A DNA stretch of 63,203 nt, counting the filler. It is 6 parts of 6 records of this genome, joined end to end, with 100 filler letters (N's around TTAATTAATTAA, not from the genome) between each part and the next. Parts side by side here need not be neighbours in the genome. Positions count along the whole stretch, not along the records: positions 1 to 12,863 come from SRR31156797_13911; 5 more parts are not named here. One strand, given 5' to 3'. Of this stretch, positions 1-9,334 are shown piece by piece. The notes under the pieces are model-generated. The model was not told the DNA's origin. It made no database searches and saw nothing but the letters and a program-made list of their open reading frames with translations. Position numbers and translations under genes: made by a program. Numbering within the stretch: position 1 is the stretch's first letter; the number at the start of each line of letters is the position of its first letter.

Positions 1-282
1 TCCCCCGTTGTCGTCAACCAGGTCGAAGGCCAGTTCCTTCTTGATCGTTTCCTGTTCGGCCCCGTCGTCCTCGTTCTTTTCCTTCAGGGTGCTGAGGAGC
101 TCGACGTTCCTGATCTTTGACGCGGAGAAACGGTACTCTTTGTCAGAATAGCCGCTGCTCTCCATAGTGTAGATACCCGTAGTGGAGATCTGAGGCCCCT
201 GCTCCTCGGTGGTCGTACAGGACGCCAGGACGGTCGTCGCCGCCAGTATAAGAAGGAATAATCGGATTCCGTTTTTCATCAT
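1..282 (-). CDS. Lipoprotein of unknown function (3' end runs off the window)
   Basis: Manual translation MMKNGIRLFLLILAATTVLASCTTTEEQGPQ...; positively charged N-terminus, hydrophobic stretch and lipobox LASC; GGAGAG RBS upstream; open to position 1. Not in the ORF track. Confidence 0.7.
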   Translation of the reverse strand, partial: MMKNGIRLFLLILAATTVLASCTTTEEQGPQISTTGIYTMESSGYSDKEYRFSASKIRNVELLSTLKEKNEDDGAEQETIKKELAFDLVDDNGG

Positions 283-387
283 ATCTCTCCAGAAAAGTAA
301 ATATAGGGAGAGTGTACCCCCTGGAGTGAAAGATTACAAACCTTTTGTGCCCGGGAACGATCTATTCTCCCCCCGTCAGGGGAGGCT

Positions 388-1398
388 TTATTTTCCGGAG
401 ACCTTTCTGTCCTCCGTCACCAGGTTAGGACAGTCTTCCGTCTGTTCGATCCCGGAGAGGTTGGCGTAGGTGGTATCCCTGATATTCTCAACCGCTTCTC
501 TGGTGAAGAAGGCCTGATGACTGGTGATCAGGACATTGGGAAAGGTCTGAAGCCGGACGAAGGTGTCGTCCTGGATCACCTGGTCCGACAGGTCTTCGAA
601 GAAGAGATCCCCTTCCTCCTCATAGACGTCCAGGCCCACATAACCGACCTTGCCGCTCTTGAGGCCGTCGATTACGGCGCCCGAGTTGATCAGGGGGCCG
701 CGGCTGGTGTTTATTAACATAACCCCGGGCTTCATGGAGCGGATGGCGTAGTCGTTTATCAGATGATAGGTCTCGTGGGTGAGGGGACAGTGGAGGGAGA
801 TGATGTCGCTCTCCCTGTAGAGGGTCTCCAGTTCCACATATTCCACTCCCCTGTCCTTTACCGCCTGGTTGGGGAACTTGTCGTAGGCCAGGATGCGGAC
901 GCCGAAGCCCGAGATCACGTCCATGAAGATCTGTCCGATCTTGCCCGTTCCGATAACGCCTACGGTTTTGTTGTGCAGATCGAAGCCGAGAAGGCCGTCC
1001 AGAGAGAAGTTGCCCTCCCGGACCCGGGCATGGGCCCTGTGAAATTTCCGGTTGAGGCTCAGGATAAGACCCAGGGCATACTCGGCCACCGCATAGGGGG
1101 AGTAGGCCGGTACCCGGCAGACCTGAATCCTTTTCTCCGCCGCCCTGTGAAGGTCCACGTTGTTGAATCCGGCGCAGCGGAGGGCCACGGTCTTGACCCC
1201 GCCCGCGGCCAGTACGTCGATGACGGGGGCGCTGACCGTGTCATTGACGAAGACGCAGACCGCGTCGAATCCCGCAGCCAGGGGAGCGGTCTCTTCGTCC
1301 AGACGGGCCTCGAAGAAGGTTATATCTATGGATTCGGGTTTCTGTACCGAAAAAGCATCCCGAACCCATCTCTTTGTACTGAATATAGCCAGTTTCAT
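388..1398 (-). CDS. ldhA: D-lactate dehydrogenase (D-2-hydroxyacid dehydrogenase family)
   Basis: ALRCAGFNNVDL, RVPAYSP, GVIGTGKIG Rossmann motif, LINTSRG, LDVYEEE, TSHQAFFT. Confidence 0.92.
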   Translation of the reverse strand: MKLAIFSTKRWVRDAFSVQKPESIDITFFEARLDEETAPLAAGFDAVCVFVNDTVSAPVIDVLAAGGVKTVALRCAGFNNVDLHRAAEKRIQVCRVPAYSPYAVAEYALGLILSLNRKFHRAHARVREGNFSLDGLLGFDLHNKTVGVIGTGKIGQIFMDVISGFGVRILAYDKFPNQAVKDRGVEYVELETLYRESDIISLHCPLTHETYHLINDYAIRSMKPGVMLINTSRGPLINSGAVIDGLKSGKVGYVGLDVYEEEGDLFFEDLSDQVIQDDTFVRLQTFPNVLITSHQAFFTREAVENIRDTTYANLSGIEQTEDCPNLVTEDRKVSGK

Positions 1399-1590
1399 GC
1401 TGTCCTCCCTAAGGATATATTTACTAGTTAATTGATAGTAATTTATCTACTCCCTTCTCTCGGGTCAAGGAAACCCGGAAAGATGTCGGGATAAAGTATA
1501 AGGGTTTGTAACATAGATCACAAAAGAGGGCAGAGGCTGTGGGTGTCGGAAGGGGAGTCAAAGGGCGATGAAGCGGGAACCCGCTGAATG

Positions 1591-1625
1591 AAAAAGGGAC
1601 CGAATCCCATACAGGACTGGTCCCT
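1591..1625 (-). terminator. Probable intrinsic terminator of the NSS transporter operon
   Basis: Minus strand AGGGACC-agtcctgtatgggattc-GGTCCCT followed by a T-run, just past the stop at 1647. Confidence 0.6.
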
Positions 1626-1646
1626 ATGACTGCTTTACTGGATCTG

Positions 1647-3023
1647 TCAGCCGCCGAACTTATCGATATAGCCTCCGATAAACACGACCAGAATGATCAG
1701 GGGGAGGATGTAGCGGACGTAGAACTTGAGCTGAACGGGGAACTTGATTCCCCTTCCGGCGTCGGCCTCGCCCACGAACTTATCCCAGCCCCAGCCGATC
1801 TTGAAGCTGCAGAACAGGGCGAAGATCAGGGAGCCTAAGGGGAGCAGATTGTTTCCAACGATAAAGTCCTCCAGGTCCAGAACAACGGTGCCTTCTCCCA
1901 GGGGAGCGAAGCCGCTGAGGACGTTGAAGCCCAGGGCGCAGGGAAGGGAGAGGACGATCATGGCCAGGCCGTTGAGTACGGCGGCCTTCTTCCGGTTCCA
2001 GCCCCAGTGTTCCATGGTGTAGGCCATGATGTTTTCAAACACGGCGATGACCGTGGACATGGCGGCGAAGCTCAGGAAGAGGAAGAACAGGCTTCCCCAG
2101 ATCCGTCCGCCGGCCATGGAGTTGAAAATATTGGGCAGGGTCACGAAGATCAGTCCGGGTCCGGCTCCCGCGTCCACGCCGAAGGCGAAACAGGCGGGGA
2201 AGATGATCAGGCCCGAGAGGATGGCTACCGCCGTGTCCAGCCCGATGATATTCAGGGACTCTCCCGTCAGCCTGTGGTCTTTCTTGATATAGCTGCCGAA
2301 GATGGCCATGCTTCCGATACCCAGGCTGAGGGTGAAGAAGGCCTGTCCCATGGCGGCGTATACGGTCTCCCAGACGCCGGTGGCTACCAGCTTGCCCAGG
2401 TCGGGCTTCAAGAAGAAGGCCACGCCCGCGCCCGCGCCGGGGAGGGTGAGGGCCTTGATCACCAGGATCAGGAGGATGACGAACAGGGAGGACATCATCA
2501 AGGTGGTGATCTTTTCAACGCCCTTTTCCAGCCCCAGCGAGCAGACCAGGAATCCCAGGACGACCACGGGGATCATCCATCCTATCTGAATGCCGGGAGA
2601 GGCGAGCTGAGCGCCGAAGAAGGCGCCCACCTGATCGGGGGCCATGCCCGACAGGCTACCGGCGAGGGTGTGGAAGAAGTAGGCCAGCATCCATCCCGCT
2701 ACGGTGGTATAGAACATCATCAGCACCAGGTTCCCCAGGATGGCGATGTGCCCGTAGATGTGCCAGCGGCTTCCCTTGGGCTCCAGGGCCTTCAGGGCGC
2801 CGGCGATGTTCTTCTGTCCGCCTCGCCCGATGGCCAGCTCCATGGTGAGAACCGGCAGGCCGAGGATAAACAGGAAGACCAGGTAGATGAATACGAAGGC
2901 CGCTCCGCCGTACTGGCCTGTCATAAAGGGGAAGCGCCATACGTTCCCCAGGCCGATGGCGCAGCCCGCCGAGATCAGAAGGAAGCCCAGGCGGGTTCCC
3001 AGTTTTTCTCTTTGCTCACTCAT
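1647..3023 (-). CDS. Sodium-dependent transporter, NSS/SNF family
   Basis: GCAIGLGNVWRFP, GQAFFTLSLG, GPGLIFVTLP; start moved to MSEQREK (ATG 3023) with AAGGAG RBS. Confidence 0.92.
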   Translation of the reverse strand: MSEQREKLGTRLGFLLISAGCAIGLGNVWRFPFMTGQYGGAAFVFIYLVFLFILGLPVLTMELAIGRGGQKNIAGALKALEPKGSRWHIYGHIAILGNLVLMMFYTTVAGWMLAYFFHTLAGSLSGMAPDQVGAFFGAQLASPGIQIGWMIPVVVLGFLVCSLGLEKGVEKITTLMMSSLFVILLILVIKALTLPGAGAGVAFFLKPDLGKLVATGVWETVYAAMGQAFFTLSLGIGSMAIFGSYIKKDHRLTGESLNIIGLDTAVAILSGLIIFPACFAFGVDAGAGPGLIFVTLPNIFNSMAGGRIWGSLFFLFLSFAAMSTVIAVFENIMAYTMEHWGWNRKKAAVLNGLAMIVLSLPCALGFNVLSGFAPLGEGTVVLDLEDFIVGNNLLPLGSLIFALFCSFKIGWGWDKFVGEADAGRGIKFPVQLKFYVRYILPLIILVVFIGGYIDKFGG

Positions 3024-3033
3024 AATATGCTCC

Positions 3034-3132
3034 TTATCCCTTCTTTTTCGTGGCGATGTACAGACAGACCGCCGCACCGCCCCAGGTAATACCCAGGCCG
3101 AGAATCATCATTATAATGGCATCTATTGTCAT
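3034..3132 (-). CDS. MetS-type NSS transporter small subunit (32 aa)
   Basis: Manual translation MTIDAIIMMILGLGITWGGAAVCLYIATKKKG*; AAGGAG RBS; single TM helix with the WGG motif typical of MetS-family small subunits; directly downstream of an NSS large subunit. Confidence 0.85.
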   Translation of the reverse strand: MTIDAIIMMILGLGITWGGAAVCLYIATKKKG

Positions 3133-3150
3133 GTTTTCTCCTTATGTCCT

Positions 3151-3203
3151 ACCGAAGCTCCTTAAGGAGCCTCGGCGACTTGCTCTCATAGGGCCGAAGG
3201 GCC
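3151..3203 (-). ncRNA. Candidate cis-regulatory RNA motif, copy B (upstream of the small-subunit gene)
   Basis: Minus strand GGCCcttcGGCCctatgagagcaagtcgCCGAGGCTCCttaaGGAGCTTCGGt, then aggacataAGGAG RBS; homologous to 4718-4767 and 12158-12208. Confidence 0.6.
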
Positions 3204-4696
3204 TAGTTCAGCTCTGCGGCTGTTTTGTTGTTCCACTTCATCCGCATGATCACGACGGAAGCCAGGGCCAGGACGATGATCATGGCCCAGCCGAAGACGA
3301 TCTGTACGGTGGTGTCGTAGCCGGAGTAGTTGTTCTTCAGGTCGTTGATGAGATTCAGAATCCAGTTGACACCCAGGACGAGGGGGGTGACAAAGCGGAT
3401 CGTGATGTCCCACCACTTACCGATCTTGAAATCGCTTGTCAGGTTGGCGTGCTCCCGGAGGCTGCCCAGATTGAAGAACCAGCCCAGGAGGATGACCTCG
3501 ATGATCCCGGCGGTGACGATACCGTAGTTGTTTATGTAGTGATCCACCACATCCAGGATATGAAGTCCCGCGCCGGTGGCGTAGATAAGGCTGATCGCAC
3601 AGGCCGCCAGGGAGTACCAGATGGTAACCTTGTGACGCTCCCATCCGGTCTTGTCTGAGATGGAGCGGACGATGACCTCGTTGATGGAGATAAAGGAGGA
3701 AAGACCCGCGAATGAGAGGGTCATGAACAGCAGTACTCCGATCAGGGCATTCAGGGCGGGCAGCTGGCTGATGGCCGAGGGGAGGGTGACGAAGGCCAGA
3801 AGAACTCCCGCCAGCTTTTCGGGGAGGGTTCCTCCCGCCTGGTGCTGCATAAAGCCCACGATGCTGAAGATGGCGATACCGGCGAGCATGCTGAAACCGC
3901 AGTTCAGGAAGGCGGTCATAAAGGCATTGTTGACGATATCCGACTTCTTGGGCAGGTAGCTGGAGTAGGTGATCATGATGGCGAAAGCGATGCTCAGGCT
4001 GTAGAAGATCTGACCGTAGGCGGCGATCCACACGGAGGGATCCATTACGGCCTTGAAATCGGGCTTGAAGAGGATCTGGAGTCCGTCGGCGGCACCGGGA
4101 AGGGTGACTGCGCGGACTACGATGACCAGAAGCATAACGATCAGGATGGGCATGAAAAACTTGTTGGCCCGCTCCAGTCCCTTGTGGACGCCGGCGTAAC
4201 TGGCCAGAAAATTGACGAGCCATGCGGCTATGATGGTCATCAGGATCCAGAGGTTGAAACCGCTCATATCAAAGGGACCGCTGCTGATCTTGAGATAGCT
4301 GCTCAGGAAGAAGTCGGCGGGGGCGCTTCCCCAGGACTGGGTGAAGCTGAACGCCACGTAGCTGATGGACCAGCCGACGACGGCGACGTAGTAGTTGGCG
4401 ATGACCACGTTGATACCGGTCTGGAACCAGCCCAGCCACTCCCACTTCTTATGAAGGGAGGCGAAGGTCAGAGGGGCTCCGGCCCGGCTCTTATGGCCCA
4501 GGCTGAACTCAAGGATCATGATGGGGATACCCGCTGTCAGCAGGGCGACGAAGTAGGGGATCAGGAAGGCCCCCCCTCCGTTTTCATATACCATGTAAGG
4601 GAAGCGCCAGATGTTTCCGAGGCCTACGGCGGAACCGACGGCGGCCAGGATGAAACCGAGGCGGCTTCCCCATTGCTGTTTTTGTTTATCAGACAA
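3203..4696 (-). CDS. Sodium-dependent transporter, NSS family (MetP-like large subunit)
   Basis: GSAVGLGNIWRFPY, YGQIFYSLSI, SSYLPKKSD; TTG start with AAGGAG RBS; followed by a MetS-type small gene. Confidence 0.92.
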   Translation of the reverse strand: MSDKQKQQWGSRLGFILAAVGSAVGLGNIWRFPYMVYENGGGAFLIPYFVALLTAGIPIMILEFSLGHKSRAGAPLTFASLHKKWEWLGWFQTGINVVIANYYVAVVGWSISYVAFSFTQSWGSAPADFFLSSYLKISSGPFDMSGFNLWILMTIIAAWLVNFLASYAGVHKGLERANKFFMPILIVMLLVIVVRAVTLPGAADGLQILFKPDFKAVMDPSVWIAAYGQIFYSLSIAFAIMITYSSYLPKKSDIVNNAFMTAFLNCGFSMLAGIAIFSIVGFMQHQAGGTLPEKLAGVLLAFVTLPSAISQLPALNALIGVLLFMTLSFAGLSSFISINEVIVRSISDKTGWERHKVTIWYSLAACAISLIYATGAGLHILDVVDHYINNYGIVTAGIIEVILLGWFFNLGSLREHANLTSDFKIGKWWDITIRFVTPLVLGVNWILNLINDLKNNYSGYDTTVQIVFGWAMIIVLALASVVIMRMKWNNKTAAELN

Positions 4697-4717
4697 TTTT
4701 TACTCCTTATTATTTTG

Positions 4718-4767
4718 CCAAGGCTCCACCGGAGCCCTGGTGATTTTCTCGATAGGGCCAAAGGGCC
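4718..4767 (-). ncRNA. Candidate cis-regulatory RNA motif, copy A (5' leader of the NSS operon)
   Basis: Minus strand GGCCctttGGCCctatcgagaaaatcaCCAGGGCTCCggtGGAGCCTTGG, then caaaataatAAGGAG RBS. Confidence 0.6.
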
Positions 4768-4895
4768 GTATTGGATGTGTTGATAACTTCTAAGATTGTG
4801 CAGTTTAACGGTGAGTTGTCAATCATTAATTAAATGGTAATGTTTGTTAATTCGTAGAAATAACGGCTATTTTCTGCTGGTTTCTATAAACAGAA

Positions 4896-4917
4896 ACGTT
4901 TTTGTACGCAAAAACGT
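4896..4917. promoter_or_regulatory. Perfect inverted repeat, possible transcription-factor operator in a divergent promoter region
   Basis: ACGTTTTTG-tacg-CAAAAACGT in the AT-rich intergenic region between divergent genes. Confidence 0.35.
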
Positions 4918-5050
4918 ATTGTTGTGATCCTTCGTCCAGCAGTGAGGCAAAGGGGGCTTTACATAAATGATAGTTCAGGATTTGCAATTTGATTTTTTAG
5001 TGTTATCCTATTAGAAAAGGCATATATAAGACGATCTCCGGGAGGAACGT

Positions 5051-5383
5051 TTGAGAAACCTGGTCATTATTTTCTTTGTTCTGATCAACCTTACAGGATT
5101 CACACTGGCTTTGCTGGACAGTACGGAGAGTCGTAGGGATGAGGGCTCCTACTTTTCCATCCCCAGTGATATAAGGGTGTTGACCCTGTCCGCCTTCGGC
5201 GGCGCGATCGGCAGTTATGCGGGCTGCGTCGTCAGCAGCGGAGGCTTCGCCTGTGTCCAGCTGCGGGGAGCCCTGCAACTGATTATCGTGCAAAACCTCG
5301 TCACCTTTATGCTGGCTCTCAGAGCCTTCCGGCGGAAAAAGAAGAAAAACGCCTCCTATACACGCTCATCCCTCAGCCTGTAG
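5051..5383 (+). CDS. Small membrane protein, DUF1294-like
   Basis: GGAGGA RBS, TTG start; INLTGFTLALLD and LSAFGGAIGSYAG resemble the DUF1294 pattern; three hydrophobic segments. Confidence 0.55.
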   Translation: MRNLVIIFFVLINLTGFTLALLDSTESRRDEGSYFSIPSDIRVLTLSAFGGAIGSYAGCVVSSGGFACVQLRGALQLIIVQNLVTFMLALRAFRRKKKKNASYTRSSLSL

Positions 5384-5394
5384 CGAGCCGTCCG

Positions 5395-6753
5395 TTACAG
5401 AAATTTTTCCTCAAACTCGGTGGCGCCCACGGGGGGGCTTGAGATGTAGCCCTGGATGTAACGGCAGCCCTCCGATATCAGGCAGTCGAACTGATCCTGC
5501 TCTTCTATCCCTTCGGCCAGGGTGGTGAACCCGAAGGTGCGGGCAATGCCCAGTATGGCCCTTACCATCTCGAGGCTGTCCGGGCTTTCGGGCAGATCGT
5601 CCACGAACTCCTTGGCGATCTTCAGGGTGTTTACGGGAAAACTGTTCAGGGCGCTCAGGCTGGAGTAACCGGTTCCGAAGTCATCCATCATAATCTCGAT
5701 GCCGATCTCCTGCAGGGCCTTCAGCTTCTCCCTGGCGATCTCCGGATTCGACATGACCGCGCTCTCGGTAATCTCTATATGGAGGGCCTCACCCGGAAGG
5801 TTGAGAACCTCCAGCGCATTGGCAACGGTCTCGAAGAAATCATCCTGCTCCAGCTGGACGGAGGATATGTTCACAGAGACCTGAAGGCTCTCAAGCCTTT
5901 CCTCTCTCCATATCTTGACCTGTCTGAGCGCATTGTACAGAACCCACTTCCCCAGATGGCAGATCAGGTTGCTCTCCTCCGCCAGGGGGATGAACCGGCC
6001 CGGCGATACGGCCCCCTTGTCGGGAGCGTCCCAGCGCAGAAGGGCCTCGCAGGCAATCAGGTTCCTGTGGCCGTCCACAATGGGCTGATAGGCGACGTGG
6101 AATCCCTCGAAGCTGTTGAGGACGCTCATGCGCAGGCTGTATTCCAGGTTTTGGCTCTCATGGAAATCCTCGCCTCTCTCCGGACTGTAGATGAAACCGT
6201 TCCAGCTCTTCGCCTCGTAGATGCCCAGGGCGATCTCCGCATTGACCTCCAGCTCGTCCACGCTTCGGGCGTGCCGGGGATAGAGGGCGACGCCGACGTT
6301 GCATCCGAAGTTGACATCCGTGGCGGGATGCTGGTGTGACTCTGAGATCTTCATGATCATCTGCTCGATACGCTCTTCGACTTCCTTTTCATCGTGGATG
6401 CTAGGAATGATAAACAGGAACTCGTCCGACCGGTCCGACTGGTAGAGGTTTTCCTCCCCCACCAGAGATTTCAGGCGTTCCGATGAGACATAGAGCAGAA
6501 CCTTCATACGGTCCCGGGTGTGGCGTATCCTCTGATAGTTCTTGTCCAGCCGCAGTATGCCGAAGGCGAAGGGCTCCTTCGACTCGCTGATCATCTTGTT
6601 CAGCCGCCGGGTGAGGATATGCCTCTGCATCAGACCTGTGTCGGGATTGTGATTCAGAAGATTCTCCAGCTGCCTGCTATGATCTTTTTCCAGCTGCAGT
6701 TCTATTTCAGTCTGTCTGAGTTTTTCTCTGCACTCTGCCAGGGGATCGGCCAT
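5395..6753 (-). CDS. EAL-domain c-di-GMP phosphodiesterase with a degenerate GGDEF domain
   Basis: YQPIV, CEALLRW, EITES, DDFGTGYSS, LKIAK, LAEGIE, IQGY; GGDEF position reads RSDEF; start MADPLAE (ATG 6753) with AGGAG RBS. Confidence 0.88.
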   Translation of the reverse strand: MADPLAECREKLRQTEIELQLEKDHSRQLENLLNHNPDTGLMQRHILTRRLNKMISESKEPFAFGILRLDKNYQRIRHTRDRMKVLLYVSSERLKSLVGEENLYQSDRSDEFLFIIPSIHDEKEVEERIEQMIMKISESHQHPATDVNFGCNVGVALYPRHARSVDELEVNAEIALGIYEAKSWNGFIYSPERGEDFHESQNLEYSLRMSVLNSFEGFHVAYQPIVDGHRNLIACEALLRWDAPDKGAVSPGRFIPLAEESNLICHLGKWVLYNALRQVKIWREERLESLQVSVNISSVQLEQDDFFETVANALEVLNLPGEALHIEITESAVMSNPEIAREKLKALQEIGIEIMMDDFGTGYSSLSALNSFPVNTLKIAKEFVDDLPESPDSLEMVRAILGIARTFGFTTLAEGIEEQDQFDCLISEGCRYIQGYISSPPVGATEFEEKFL

Positions 6754-6999
6754 TTTGAATACGCTCCTCTTGTCAATCAGGATAAGGCAATCGGGCCGGG
6801 AGTTCAACTTCTATCGGGCATTCGGGCTATAATGAGTAATCGGCGATATAGGAATGCTTAAAATACAATACCCATTCCCTTTCCATTATGGTATAAATAT
6901 ATCCAAATTTGTTTAATAATGCTTTCAATGCTGTTTCTTTCTGTAAAAACAGCTTTGCTTCGGCTTGATAAGCCGGATTCTGTTCTAAGGAGATATCAT

Positions 7000-8598
7000 A
7001 TGTCTGAAATCGTAGTTCTGGGAGACGAGGCCGTCGCCCTGGGTGCCATTCACGGAGGAGTGTCCTCTTGTTATGGTTATCCCGGCACACCATCGACCGA
7101 GATAATGGAATACCTCATTGAGTATAATGAGAAGAATGAGGCTCCCTTCGCCCGCTGGTCCAGTAATGAAAAAACGGCTTTGGAAGAGGGGCTCGGAGCC
7201 TCCTTCGCCGGTAAGAGGGCCATCGTGACCATGAAGCATGTGGGCCTCAATGTGGCGGCAGACGCTTTTATGAACGGCGCTCTTCTGGATATCCGGGGCG
7301 GTCTGGTCATCGTGGTCGCCGACGATCCCGGAATGCACTCTTCCCAGAATGAGCAGGATACCCGCTATTACGCCGACTTTGCCAAGGTTCCCCTTCTGGA
7401 ACCGGTTAACCAGCAGCAGGCCTATGAGATGACCCGCGAGGCCTTCGACCTTTCCGAGAAGATGCACACCCCCGTGCTGCTCAGACTGGTCACCCGCCTG
7501 TCCCACTCCCGGTCCAGCATCATGACCTCCGAGCCCCGGCAGGAGAACGCCCTGGACAAGGCCGACAACAGGATGGATTGGATGCTCCTGCCCGCCAACG
7601 CCCGTCGCCGCTGGGACAGCCTGCTGAAAAGGCAGGACGATATGGTCGCCTACAGCGAGGCCAGTCCCGTCAACGCCCTGGTTATGAACGAGGGCAATAA
7701 GAAGACCGGTGTCATTACCACCGGACTGGGCTTCAACTACTATAAAGAGAGCGTGGGCGAGCTTTCCGACGCTCCCTCCCATCTCCATATCGGGGTGTAC
7801 CCCTTTCCCGTGGATAAGATCCGCAAGCTGGCCGCCCATGTGGAGGAGCTGGTGATTCTGGAAGAGGGCTACCCCTTCGTCGAGCGTTTTCTGGTCGGCC
7901 TGCTGCCCGGAGGGGATCTCAAGATCAAGGGCAAGCTGAGCGGAGACGTACCCGAACAGGGCGAGCTCAACCCCGACAATATCCGCCCCGCCCTGGGACT
8001 TCCCGCCAGAGAGTCGGTCGCTCCCGCCGCCATGGAGCTGGCCGGACGCCCGCCCCAGCTCTGCAAGGGCTGTCCTCACGATGACACCTACAGGGTCATC
8101 AAAGAGGTCCAGGCCGAGCTGGAAGAGAGCACGGTGACCTCGGACATCGGATGCTACGCCCTGGGAGCTCTGCCCCCCTTGAGCGTTCCCGAAGCCATCA
8201 TCTGCATGGGCGCTTCCATCACCGCCGCCAAGGGGGCCTCCGAGGCCGGACTGAAGAACGTGATGGGCGTTATCGGCGACAGCACCTTCCTCCACTCCGG
8301 GCTTACCGGTCTGGTGGACTGCGTTTCATGCGATACGGATGTGACCATCATCATCGTGGACAACGAGACCGTGGCCATGACCGGCGGTCAGACGACCATC
8401 CTTCCCTCCAGCCGCCTCGAGAACGTGGTCAGGGGAATCGGTGTGGATCCCGATCATCTGATCACGATACCCGCCCACCGCAAGTTCCATGAGGAGAACA
8501 AGGAGAGGCTGCGCAAAGAGCTGGCCCACAAGGGCGTTTCCGTTATCATCGCCGTAAGGGAATGCATTGAAACCGCACGTAAGAAGGTCAGGAAATAA
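7000..8598 (+). CDS. iorA: Indolepyruvate:ferredoxin oxidoreductase alpha subunit
   Basis: GYPGTPSTE, MKHVGLNVAAD, DDPGMHSSQNEQD, RPPQLCKGCPH, TPP-binding IGDSTF...DN; start MSEIVV (ATG 7000) with AGGAG RBS. Confidence 0.93.
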   Translation: MSEIVVLGDEAVALGAIHGGVSSCYGYPGTPSTEIMEYLIEYNEKNEAPFARWSSNEKTALEEGLGASFAGKRAIVTMKHVGLNVAADAFMNGALLDIRGGLVIVVADDPGMHSSQNEQDTRYYADFAKVPLLEPVNQQQAYEMTREAFDLSEKMHTPVLLRLVTRLSHSRSSIMTSEPRQENALDKADNRMDWMLLPANARRRWDSLLKRQDDMVAYSEASPVNALVMNEGNKKTGVITTGLGFNYYKESVGELSDAPSHLHIGVYPFPVDKIRKLAAHVEELVILEEGYPFVERFLVGLLPGGDLKIKGKLSGDVPEQGELNPDNIRPALGLPARESVAPAAMELAGRPPQLCKGCPHDDTYRVIKEVQAELEESTVTSDIGCYALGALPPLSVPEAIICMGASITAAKGASEAGLKNVMGVIGDSTFLHSGLTGLVDCVSCDTDVTIIIVDNETVAMTGGQTTILPSSRLENVVRGIGVDPDHLITIPAHRKFHEENKERLRKELAHKGVSVIIAVRECIETARKKVRK

Positions 8599-8764
8599 GC
8601 GTCTCCGGCCCGGTCCGGAAGCCGTCTGAGGAGGCCCTGCCCCTCAGGTCTATGCAGATAGCTGTCCCGGGGGGATGTGAGTCCTCCCCGGGCTGCAAGC
8701 GTTCAGCGCTTCGGCGGATGCGATCCATCCGCTGACAAGCGCAGCATTACGAGGAGATAATAAG

Positions 8765-9334
8765 ATGAAATACGATATAATTCTTTCCGGTGTAGGAGGA
8801 CAGGGGGTTCTTTCCCTGGCCGCCGTTATCGCTACAGCCGCCGCCGATGCGGGATTCACCGTCCGCCAGTCGGAGGTTCACGGTATGGCCCAGCGCGGGG
8901 GCGCCGTTATGGCCCATATGCGCATTGCCGACGGAGAGATCTACTCCGATCTGATCGGGCAGGGAACGGCGGATATGGTACTGAGCATGGAGCCCCTGGA
9001 GAGTCTCCGCTACCTGAAGTGGCTCTCTCCCGAGGGAATACTCGTGACCTCTACCAATCCGGTCGTCAATATTCCCAACTACCCCGACAGGAAGCAGGTG
9101 ATCTCCGAGCTGGAGAAGCTCGCCTCCTACAGACTCGTGGATGACAAGACCCTGGCCAAGGAAGCCGGCTCCTCCAAGGCCGGAAACATGGTTATCGTCG
9201 GCGCCGCGTCAGAGTCCCTTCCTCTGGAGATGGACCATCTGAAGGCCGCCGTCAAGAAGCTCTTCGGCCGTAAGGGAGACGCCATAGTGGAGACCAACTT
9301 CAAGGCCCTCGACCTGGGACGGAATTCCAAATGA
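8765..9334 (+). CDS. iorB: Indolepyruvate:ferredoxin oxidoreductase beta subunit
   Basis: SGVGGQG, SEVHGMAQRGG; follows iorA. Confidence 0.93.
   Translation: MKYDIILSGVGGQGVLSLAAVIATAAADAGFTVRQSEVHGMAQRGGAVMAHMRIADGEIYSDLIGQGTADMVLSMEPLESLRYLKWLSPEGILVTSTNPVVNIPNYPDRKQVISELEKLASYRLVDDKTLAKEAGSSKAGNMVIVGAASESLPLEMDHLKAAVKKLFGRKGDAIVETNFKALDLGRNSK

Noticed and set aside
3181-3203. GGCCCTATGA resembles part of a SAM-I riboswitch
   Set aside because: The other SAM-I elements (ATC..GAG, GAGGGA, GCAACC, GTGC) are absent in all three copies.
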